From Terriglobales bacterium (GTDB taxonomy: Bacteria > Acidobacteriota > Terriglobia > Terriglobales > Acidobacteriaceae): a stretch of 64,000 bases of DNA. Below are positions 57,001-64,000 of the stretch, piece by piece. The stretch is from the NCBI GenBank assembly GCA_035631655.1, contig DASQIH010000127.1, positions 6,789 to 70,788 of the forward strand, written 5' to 3'. How positions within the stretch are numbered: the first letter of the stretch is position 1; every line of letters starts with the position of its first letter. Both the position numbers and the translations under genes were made by a program. Under the pieces are notes generated by a model. It worked only from the letters and a program-made list of their open reading frames with translations. It was not told the origin of the DNA and did not search any database.

Positions 57001-57927
57001 TTAGTCCCCGGCGACCACGGTTTGCGCAGGGCTCTGGATCAGCTTCCCATTGGGAGTAGGAAGGTCCTTCTGCCGCAGCTCCGAGAGCTTCACAACCTTA
57101 ATCTGCTTGGCCAGCCCCAGCACCTTCAGAACCCAAATCCCGTACCAGTTGAGGTCCACTTCATACCACGCCAATCCATGACGAGCCGAGGTGGGATGGG
57201 CGTGATGGTTGTTATGCCAGCCCTCGCCAAAAGTGCACATCGCCACCAGCCAGTTGTTGGTTGACAGATCGCGGGTGGAAAAGCGCCGTGCGCCCCACAG
57301 GTGCGTTGCCGAGTTCACCATCCAGGTGGCATGCAACCCGATGACCGTACGCAGGAAAATGCCCCACATCAGAAACGGCAGACCGCCGACAGCCAGCAAT
57401 ACCAGACCGAGAATGATGATGGGCACGTAGTGATACTTGGTGATCCACACGTGAAACTTGTCTTTCGCCAAGTCCGGAACGTAGCGGGCCAGTGTCGTGG
57501 TGTCGTGGTGCATGGACTTGCCCATCAGAATCCAGCCCATGTGCGACCACCACTTGCCATCGCGCGGCGAGTGCGGGTCCCCATCCTGGTCCGAAAACTG
57601 ATGGTGAATCCGATGCGTGGCCACCCAGAAAATCGGGCCGCCCTCGAGCGCCAGCGTGGCGCACAAGGTCAGAAAGTATTCCACCCACTTGGGCGTCTTA
57701 TAGCCGCGATGCGTCAACAGTCGGTGATATCCCATGCCGATGCCCAGGCTACCGGAAATCCACCACAAAAAAGCCGCAAGGAAGAGAGCTTTCCAAGTAA
57801 AGAAGAAGAGCGCAGCTACCGCCCCTAGGTGAAAGGCAGCCATGAACGAAGCGGTGACCCAGTTAATCTCGTTATCGGCGGACTGCTTCTTGGCAAGCGC
57901 CTGAAGTTCCATGATGTTTCTCATCAC
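57001..57927 (-). CDS. acyl-CoA/acyl-lipid delta-9 fatty-acid desaturase
   Basis: Three His boxes ([22 protein letters not shown]) and four TM helices. Confidence 0.85.
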   Translation of the reverse strand: MMRNIMELQALAKKQSADNEINWVTASFMAAFHLGAVAALFFFTWKALFLAAFLWWISGSLGIGMGYHRLLTHRGYKTPKWVEYFLTLCATLALEGGPIFWVATHRIHHQFSDQDGDPHSPRDGKWWSHMGWILMGKSMHHDTTTLARYVPDLAKDKFHVWITKYHYVPIIILGLVLLAVGGLPFLMWGIFLRTVIGLHATWMVNSATHLWGARRFSTRDLSTNNWLVAMCTFGEGWHNNHHAHPTSARHGLAWYEVDLNWYGIWVLKVLGLAKQIKVVKLSELRQKDLPTPNGKLIQSPAQTVVAGD

Positions 57928-58079
57928 CCCAGTTTGGATGTGAAGGCTTTGCGTAAGGTATCAAGAGAGGGCGGCTGGCCTTTGTAATACTTGTGTAAGA
58001 GAAGGCTGAGGAAGGATTACCGAAGTACTAGGGCAGTGGTCCTAGCGCAGGCAATTATGGCGCGACCTGCGACCTCATT

Positions 58080-58958
58080 CTAGGAACCAGCCTTAACCTC
58101 GACTCCTGCCCATTTTTCCAGCAAGGTCAAAGTAGCAGCGTAGTCGAGGTCCTGTTGCCCCTCTTCGCTGGCCAACTCGTAGACTTCTTCTACCGTTTCC
58201 AGGCCGGGCAACTTGACCCGGGCTTCGCGGGCCGCGTCCAGTGCGAGGTGAATGTCTTTGTGCATGAGGCGGAGCGGGAAATTAGGTGAGAAGTCACGAT
58301 TGAGGACAAACGGCGCCTTGTAATCCACCACGCCCGATCTAATCATGGAAGCCTGGATCAATGGAATCAGAGTGCCGGCTTCGACCCCCAGCTTGGTGGC
58401 CAGCGTCAGCGCTTCGGCAAAGCCTTCGTAGATTAGTGCGATCTGCAGATTCATGACGAGCTTAGCCGCCTGCCCTTTGCCGGTCTCGCCCATGCGAAAC
58501 AGCTGCTTGCCCATGGCGTTGAACAGCGGCCGGATTCTCTCGATGACAGCTTCATCCCCGCCCACAATAAAGATCAGCGTCGCATTCTCGGCTCCGATCT
58601 TGGATCCGGTAACCGGCGCATCCACGTAGTCAACCCCGTGCGCCTTCACTCGTGCGGCAAATTGCCGGGTTGAGCTGGGGGAAATGGTACTGGAATCGAC
58701 GATCACCATCCCTTGCGTCAACGATTGTTCCACGCCGTCTGGGCCGAACAGCACCTGCTCCACGGCTTTGGTATCTGATACACACATCCAGACCACCTCT
58801 GCCCCGCGAGCAGCTTCGGCGGGAGTAGCCGCTGCCCGCGCACCCTCCACCTGCTTTCCGGGAGTCCGGTTCCAGACCGTAACTTCGTGACCAGCTTTGA
58901 CCAGATTGGCCGCCATCGAACGGCCCATAATGCCCAGACCTAAGAACGCGACTCGCAT
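58080..58958 (-). CDS. NAD(P)-dependent 3-hydroxyisobutyrate / tartronate-semialdehyde reductase family oxidoreductase
   Basis: MRVAFLGLGIMGRSMAANL Rossmann fold, DAPVTGS and the C-terminal 6PGDH-like helical domain. Confidence 0.8.
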   Translation of the reverse strand: MRVAFLGLGIMGRSMAANLVKAGHEVTVWNRTPGKQVEGARAAATPAEAARGAEVVWMCVSDTKAVEQVLFGPDGVEQSLTQGMVIVDSSTISPSSTRQFAARVKAHGVDYVDAPVTGSKIGAENATLIFIVGGDEAVIERIRPLFNAMGKQLFRMGETGKGQAAKLVMNLQIALIYEGFAEALTLATKLGVEAGTLIPLIQASMIRSGVVDYKAPFVLNRDFSPNFPLRLMHKDIHLALDAAREARVKLPGLETVEEVYELASEEGQQDLDYAATLTLLEKWAGVEVKAGS

Positions 58959-59053
58959 GCGGACGGTCTCCTGTGAACTAGTGGATTAGATATGACGCTG
59001 GTAACGATGGTCAAGCGATGAGCATCGAATTGTTGGAGAGAAAGTAGGTTAGA

Positions 59054-59998
59054 ATGCATGTAGCTGATCGCTGTGAGCCGAAGCTTCGGCTTCCCCCATC
59101 AATGTTAAAAGATACCCTCAAGAACCGTTCGTTGCGTCGCCGAGCTGGCCAGTTTACGCGGCTGATTCGACACTCGGCGGTGACCCCGCGTACGGGTCAG
59201 GTTCACAAACCCATGCTAGTCACTAACGGGGAACTGGGGCTGACCTTCATCGGGCATGCCAGCTTTTTCGTGCAGATCGGTCAGCAGAACGTCGTCATTG
59301 ACCCCAACTTCGCGCGCTGGCTGTTCGTACTCAAGCGCCTCCGCAAACCTGGCATACGCCTCGGGGACCTGCCGCCCATTGATCTGGTGCTGGTCACGCA
59401 TGCGCACTTCGACCACCTGCACCGTCCGTCGCTGCGCTCGATCGCCCAAGAGACGCTCCAGCGCAGTGGCAAGCGTCCGATCATCGTTGTGCCGCACCAC
59501 GTGTTTGACCTGGTCTCGGATCTGGGTTTCGGTGATGTAGTCGAACTTGACTGGTGGAACAGCTATCGCCATGCCGGGCTGACGGTTACCCATGTCCCGT
59601 CGCGGCACTGGGGCGCCCGCATTCTGAAGGACTCGCATCGCGGCTACGGCGGGTATGTTCTTCGCCATGGGAAGCATTCCCTCTACCACGCCGGCGACAC
59701 CGCCTATTTTTCCGGTTTTCGAGAGATCGGCCGCCGCCTCGCCCCGGAAGTCGCGCTGTTGCCGATTGGCGCTTACAATCCGCCGCAATTCCGTAACGTC
59801 CACTCCGATCCTTTAGACGCCACCCGCGCTTTCTTGGACTTGAACGCCCGCTGGATGGTCCCTATGCACTACGGTACCTTCCGCCTCTCCCACGAGCCCA
59901 TCGATGAGCCGCTGCAGTTGCTTGAGCGGGAAGCCAAGGCCGCAGGCATCAAGGACCGCGTCCTCGTCCTGGAAGAAGGCGTAACCCGTTTCTTCTGA
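59054..59998 (+). CDS. MBL-fold metallo-hydrolase
   Basis: LVLVTHAHFDHL (HxHxDH), HAGDT and VPMHYGTF. Start position uncertain. Confidence 0.7.
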   Translation: MHVADRCEPKLRLPPSMLKDTLKNRSLRRRAGQFTRLIRHSAVTPRTGQVHKPMLVTNGELGLTFIGHASFFVQIGQQNVVIDPNFARWLFVLKRLRKPGIRLGDLPPIDLVLVTHAHFDHLHRPSLRSIAQETLQRSGKRPIIVVPHHVFDLVSDLGFGDVVELDWWNSYRHAGLTVTHVPSRHWGARILKDSHRGYGGYVLRHGKHSLYHAGDTAYFSGFREIGRRLAPEVALLPIGAYNPPQFRNVHSDPLDATRAFLDLNARWMVPMHYGTFRLSHEPIDEPLQLLEREAKAAGIKDRVLVLEEGVTRFF

Positions 59999-60030
59999 CG
60001 CAGCCCCCGTTGCTGCCAGTACCATATCGT

Positions 60031-60126
60031 GTCATCCTGATGAGCAAAGCGAAGGATCTATGCATCTCGGCGGCGCTAGCAAATACATAGATCCTTCGGC
60101 CCACAAAAGCGTGGCCTCCGGATGAC
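60031..60126. repeat. repeat family A, full palindromic (MITE-like) copy
   Basis: GTCATCCTGATGAGCAAAGCGAAGGATCTATGCAT...ATACATAGATCCTTCGGCC...CCGGATGAC. The outer GTCATCC/GGATGAC and inner GAAGGATCTATGYAT arms are inverted. Confidence 0.75.
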
Positions 60127-60148
60127 AGAGACCCATGAAAGCGACGCC

Positions 60149-61480
60149 TTAATACGCCAGCAGAACCCTTAAATCCCGTACGTTGTTCCCGGTTGGGCCG
60201 GTGATGATCGCGTCGCCGAGCGCGCTGAAAAATGGGTATGCATCGAAACGCGCCAGCGCCGTTGCCGCACTCAGCCCACGTTGTTTAGCCCGTCGCAGCG
60301 TCGTTCCATCGGCAATCGCCCCTGCGGACGGGCTGTTCCCGTCAATACCGTCGGTGCCCCCACTTAATACCGTGATGTTCTCTCCTGAAATTTTTTCGGC
60401 CATCGCCAGCGCGAGTTGCTGGTTGCGTCCGCCTGCGCCGCCATTCGTGACCTTAACCGTTACTTCCCCGCCGGAAATTAGGCACGCGCGTGCGCACTTC
60501 TTCCGCAATTCGCGCACTCGTTTAAGCAGGTATTCCGCCGCGCCCTGGTAATCCCAATCATCGCAGCTATTGTCGACTTCCACGGTGAACCCGAGCCGTT
60601 TCGCTTCTTCCGCGGCCGTCTTCACCACGGCGGCATTCGACAGTATCGGCCACCACCGCGAACGATGGAAGGCCGGATCATCCGGCTTGGGGGTTTCCTC
60701 CAAGGCATGCCGCTGAAATAGTTCTCGCACCGAAGCAGGAAACTGTTCGAGCATGCCGTACTTGGTAGCGATGGAATAGCAATCTTCAACGCTGGTCGAG
60801 TCCGGCATAGTCGGCCCGGAAGCAAGCGCATCCAGGGCGTTGTCCGGCACATCGGAGACCAGCAGTGAAACCTGCTGCGCCAGCGACGCCGCCAGGGCCA
60901 GTCGTCCGCCCTTAACCGCCGAAAGATGTTTGCGGATTGCGTTGATTTCGGCAATCGGTGCGCCGGAAAGAACCAGGGTGCGGTAGGTCGCGATGAGATC
61001 GTCTAAGGAAATCTCATCATCAATTGGTTTCTCCGCCATAGACGATCCCCCACCGCTGAGCATGAAAATCACCAGGGATGACGCATTTTGCGCCGTCAAC
61101 GACTTCAATATGGCCTCGGCCGAGAGCACCGACTCGGTATTCGGTGTGGGATGCCCCCCACGGAAATAACGGAAACCACGCACCTGGGAGACCGGTTCAA
61201 CCGAAGTGGAGACGATTCCTTCCAATACCTCGCCTGCCCGTTCCCGTAAGGCTTCCACCATGGTGTGCCCTGCTTTGCCAATCGAAACCACCAGCACGCG
61301 CGCATAGGAATGAAGATCGAACAGGTCTTCGCACAGACGAAGGATGCCCCGCTCACAGTGAACGTGTCGGTCAAAAGCCTTTTCAATATTCGCCTCCCTG
61401 AGCGCGTGCAGGAAGATCTGACGCGCAATAGCGCGCATCGACTGGGCAAGCCGCTCGCGTTGGGGACTTGATTCGGGCAT
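60149..61480 (-). CDS. glycerate 2-kinase (DUF4147 plus MOFRL; TtuD-like)
   Basis: VVSIGKAGHTM, GGHPTP, LSGGGS and the C-terminal SGGEVTV...GGRNQ...GTDGIDG. Start moved to MPESSPQ because the longer ORF reads through repeat B. Confidence 0.8.
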   Translation of the reverse strand: MPESSPQRERLAQSMRAIARQIFLHALREANIEKAFDRHVHCERGILRLCEDLFDLHSYARVLVVSIGKAGHTMVEALRERAGEVLEGIVSTSVEPVSQVRGFRYFRGGHPTPNTESVLSAEAILKSLTAQNASSLVIFMLSGGGSSMAEKPIDDEISLDDLIATYRTLVLSGAPIAEINAIRKHLSAVKGGRLALAASLAQQVSLLVSDVPDNALDALASGPTMPDSTSVEDCYSIATKYGMLEQFPASVRELFQRHALEETPKPDDPAFHRSRWWPILSNAAVVKTAAEEAKRLGFTVEVDNSCDDWDYQGAAEYLLKRVRELRKKCARACLISGGEVTVKVTNGGAGGRNQQLALAMAEKISGENITVLSGGTDGIDGNSPSAGAIADGTTLRRAKQRGLSAATALARFDAYPFFSALGDAIITGPTGNNVRDLRVLLAY

Positions 61481-61516
61481 GGGGAGGATTATAAGGGTCG
61501 TGCTGGAAGTTCTTGG

Positions 61517-61570
61517 TGTGGGGACGGGTCTCTGACCCGTCCATGGCGGGTCGAAGACCCGCCTCCACAC
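61517..61570 (-). repeat. repeat family B, full double-hairpin copy (inverted relative to 44336-44388)
   Basis: GTGTGGGGACGGGTCTCTGACCCGTCCATGGCGGGTCGAAGACCCGCCTCCACAC. Confidence 0.75.
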
Positions 61571-61574
61571 ATCA

Positions 61575-62231
61575 TTAGCGAAGGATCTCTTCCCTGAGCC
61601 AAACTTCAATCGTCTCGCGCACCTCGCGCAATCGGCCTTCGAAGAAGTGGTCCGCGCCTTGGATCAGGACCAATTTCTTCGGTTCCGCCACAGATTCGAC
61701 GAGCCTCTCCAGCTCGGCACGTGGTCCAAACTGGTCGCGAGCGCCACTGACGAACAGCTTGGCCTTCGCGCAAGTCCTTAGGAACTCGTAGTCGTAATTG
61801 CGCTCGTCAATCGGCGAAACTGGCGTTCCCAGCGCGATCAGAGCCTGTGCACGCGGATCCGGACAAGCCGCCCGTAAACCCACTGCCGCGCCAAAGGAGA
61901 ACCCGGCAAAAATGATGGGTTGCCGGAACTCGGCTTCCAGCCACTGCAGTGCGATGCGGACATCCTCCACTTCGCCGACTCCATGATCGTGTTCTCCCTG
62001 ACTTAACCCTGCTCCGCGAAAATTGAAACGCAGCACCGGGAAGCCGAAGCTGTTCAGGGCCTTCATGGTGTGAAACACAACTTTGTTGTGCAACGTGCCG
62101 CCATAAATCGGGTGCGGGTGGCAGACCAAAGCCGCATGCCTGGCATTCTCTGCCCCCAAGTTGAGAAGCGCCTCCAATTGCCCCGCAGGTCCGTTGAGAA
62201 AGAACGATTTGATAGCCGTGTTCGTGAGCAC
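61575..62231 (-). CDS. alpha/beta hydrolase
   Basis: GFSFG nucleophile elbow, CHPHPIYGG and a C-terminal GADHFF. 218 aa. Confidence 0.7.
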   Translation of the reverse strand: MLTNTAIKSFFLNGPAGQLEALLNLGAENARHAALVCHPHPIYGGTLHNKVVFHTMKALNSFGFPVLRFNFRGAGLSQGEHDHGVGEVEDVRIALQWLEAEFRQPIIFAGFSFGAAVGLRAACPDPRAQALIALGTPVSPIDERNYDYEFLRTCAKAKLFVSGARDQFGPRAELERLVESVAEPKKLVLIQGADHFFEGRLREVRETIEVWLREEILR

Positions 62232-62340
62232 GCACGTGATTATAACGAGTACGGATCAGCGACCCACCTGCGCGATGCTCGCGTAATCCGTGATAGCCGT
62301 GGAAATCCATGGCCGCTGTTTTTGGTTTATCCTCTCCGGC

Positions 62341-63336
62341 ATGGATGTTGTCGCTCTCACTCGCCAACTGGTGGATATCGAGTCGATCTCCGGCCATGAA
62401 GGCCCTGTGGGCGACTTTCTGCACCGTGAATTGTGTCGTCTCGGCTACAAGGCGGAGAAACTTGCTGTGGAAGCGGAGCGCGGCAATATTTGGGCGACGT
62501 CACCACAGTCATTGAATCCCGCTGTAGTTTTCTCGACACACATGGACACGGTGCCTCCCTTCATACGATCGTCAGAGGACACCACTCGGATTTACGGCCG
62601 GGGGGCGTGCGATGCCAAAGGAATCATTGCCGCCCAGATCGCTGCCGCGGAACGCTTGCGTAGCAACGGCATTTACGTTGGCCTGCTGTTTCTGGTTGGC
62701 GAGGAGCGCGACAGCCTGGGCGCCAAACTCGCCAACCAGCATCCCGCCGGCTGCAAGTTTCTGGTCAACGGCGAACCCACCGAAAACCGCATGGCTACGG
62801 CTTCCAAAGGATCGCTCCGGGTTGAGATCACCGCCCAGGGCAAGATGGCGCACTCCGCCTATCCACAACTAGGAGAGTCTGCCATCGACAAGTTGCTTGA
62901 GGCCTTGAATCGCCTGCGGGCCATGGCGCTGCCGGTTGCTGAAGGCGTGGGCCCGTGCACCCTGAACATCGGCATTATTGAAGGTGGCCGTGCGCCCAAC
63001 GTCATCCCCGACACCGCGAAAGCCCACTTGCTGTATCGCCTGGTCGGACCTGCGCAAGAGTTGCGCCAGCAAATCATCCACACGGTAGGAAATCTGGCGC
63101 GAGTGGATTTCGTGCTTGAAATCCCGTTCGTCCGCCTGCGCACGTTAAACGGCCTGGCGACGACGATCGCAGCCTTCACCACCGACATCCCGGCGCTCAG
63201 CAACTGGGGTCAGCCGCTGCTGATTGGCCCCGGCTCAATCCACGTCGCACATACCGAAGGCGAGTACGTGGAAAAGCAGCAACTCAAAGATGCAGTTGAG
63301 TTGTACTGCAGGATTGCCAAGCAACTGCTCGGCTAA
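62341..63336 (+). CDS. M20-family metallopeptidase (ArgE/DapE-type deacylase)
   Basis: STHMDTVPP, GRGACDAKG and LFLVGEERDS metal-ligand motifs. A possible dapE given dapD in the window, but specificity cannot be read from sequence. Confidence 0.7.
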   Translation: MDVVALTRQLVDIESISGHEGPVGDFLHRELCRLGYKAEKLAVEAERGNIWATSPQSLNPAVVFSTHMDTVPPFIRSSEDTTRIYGRGACDAKGIIAAQIAAAERLRSNGIYVGLLFLVGEERDSLGAKLANQHPAGCKFLVNGEPTENRMATASKGSLRVEITAQGKMAHSAYPQLGESAIDKLLEALNRLRAMALPVAEGVGPCTLNIGIIEGGRAPNVIPDTAKAHLLYRLVGPAQELRQQIIHTVGNLARVDFVLEIPFVRLRTLNGLATTIAAFTTDIPALSNWGQPLLIGPGSIHVAHTEGEYVEKQQLKDAVELYCRIAKQLLG

Positions 63337-63436
63337 TTGCTGATTTTTGATTGCTGATTGCTGATTTCTGATTGCTGATTTCTGATTGAAAGACCGTTGC
63401 CCCTTGTTCCCAATCAACAATCAGCAATCAGCAATT
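63337..63436. repeat. period-7 tandem array D4 forming a long hairpin
   Basis: Left arm: TTGCTGA TTTTTGA TTGCTGA TTGCTGA TTTCTGA TTGCTGA TTTCTGA TTG (63337-63388). A 22-nt spacer follows. Inverted arm: CAATCAA CAATCAG CAATCAG CAATT (63411-63436). Confidence 0.8.
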
Positions 63437-63467
63437 CTCGGCACCCTCGGCGTGCTCGGCGGTGAAT
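63436..63467 (+). repeat. repeat family C, second copy
   Basis: TCTCGGCACCCTCGGCGTGCTCGGCGGTGAAT, 60 nt upstream of ATG 63527. Confidence 0.7.
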
Positions 63468-63526
63468 TAGTATTACCAAGCCGTTGGCTTGCAGTCGGCT
63501 TCTCGAAAAACGTTTAAACTGTAGCG

Positions 63527-64000
63527 ATGACCACCCAGACGCTGAACTCGCTATCCAAGGCGTCCTCGGCCTACCTGCGTTCGGCCATGCACCAGCCCAT
63601 TCAATGGCATGAATGGAGCGAGGAAGCATTCGCCCTGGCCCAACGCGAGAATAAGCCCATACTTCTCGACATCGGCGCGGTCTGGTGCCACTGGTGCCAC
63701 GTGATGGACCGCGAGTCCTATGACAACCCGGAAGTAGCTCAGATCGTCAACGAGCGTTTCATTGCTGTGAAAGTGGACCGAGACGAGCGCCCCGACATTG
63801 ACAGCCGCTACCAGACCGCGGTGAGCAGCTTAACCGGACAAGGCGGCTGGCCGCTCACGGCCTTTCTCACCCCGGATGGCAAACCATTCTATGGTGGAAC
63901 CTACTTCCCGCCCGACGACCACTGGGGACGTCCCGGATTCAAGCGCGTGCTGCTGGCCATCGCCAACGCTTTCAAGGAAAAGCAAGCTGAAGTTGCGGAA
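63527..64000 (+). CDS. thioredoxin-domain protein (DUF255 / YyaL-like), 5' part only
   Basis: Hand translation gives MTTQTLNSLSKASSAYLRSAMHQPIQWHEWSEEAFALAQRENKPILLDIGAVWCHWCHVMDRESYDNPEVAQIVNERFIAVKVDRDERPDID... The WCHWCHVM motif is present. The frame is open to the window end. Confidence 0.75.
   Translation, partial: MTTQTLNSLSKASSAYLRSAMHQPIQWHEWSEEAFALAQRENKPILLDIGAVWCHWCHVMDRESYDNPEVAQIVNERFIAVKVDRDERPDIDSRYQTAVSSLTGQGGWPLTAFLTPDGKPFYGGTYFPPDDHWGRPGFKRVLLAIANAFKEKQAEVAE

Noticed and set aside
61481-61609. N-terminal extensions in the ORF track that read through intergenic repeats. Examples: WRRVFDPPW from repeat B (60149-61609), PIAKSEKPKLAIGNWQ from heptamer array D1 (37658 start), 34556 start through repeat A, and the 36478, 45520, 4954, 22200, 24403 and 53642 starts.
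   Set aside because: The conserved protein N-termini, signal peptides and Shine-Dalgarno sequences all support the internal starts. The extensions translate repeat DNA or overlap upstream genes.
62341-63336. Calling the M20 peptidase dapE to complete a dapB-dapA-dapD-dapE succinylase pathway.
   Set aside because: The M20 metal-ligand motifs are clear. ArgE, DapE and other deacylases cannot be separated by eye, and the gene is 24 kb from dapD, so the gene symbol is left empty.
63337-63436. Whether the tandem arrays (D1-D5) could be CRISPR arrays.
   Set aside because: The units are 7-10 nt and directly abutting, with no spacers, and the total length is under 100 nt. No cas genes are in the window.

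Overview
GC-rich bacterial chromosomal segment. The gene content, two giant BNR/Asp-box secreted proteins and the characteristic intergenic repeats (GTCATCCTGAGCGAAGCGAAGGATCT type, CTCGGCG triplets, GC-rich double hairpins) suggest Acidobacteriota, Terriglobia-like. That taxon call is from memory, not a search. I support about 60 protein-coding genes, mostly housekeeping. They include modABC; a MacAB-like efflux set; lhgO and proC; ugd-uxs; dnaX-ybaB-recR; dapB-dapA-dapD; RNase J; a threonine dehydratase; uppP; ftsK; two two-component systems flanking a porin/PBP-like pair; an acyl desaturase; and a glycerate kinase. I recognised no rRNA, tRNA, CRISPR array, transposase, integrase or prophage. 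All product calls come from reading motifs in the supplied translations. Several starts were moved inward from the ORF track where the conserved N-terminus and a Shine-Dalgarno sequence agree. The unusual content is mainly non-coding or architectural: (1) a structured ~250-nt region with its own terminator just upstream of dapBAD; (2) at least four sequence-unrelated period-7 tandem arrays in intergenic gaps, some forming long hairpins; (3) three further repeat families, one showing a compensatory stem change between copies; (4) domain fusions (DapA plus a 4-Cys tail, GAF-TonB, ferredoxin-O-methyltransferase, REC-PilZ-PilZ); (5) a tightly coupled porin/half-PBP/kinase/regulator operon; (6) a frameshifted outer-membrane-protein paralog; and (7) a threonine dehydratase whose conserved N-terminus lies upstream of any ATG/GTG/TTG. 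I found no clear multi-gene defence-type or mobile system.
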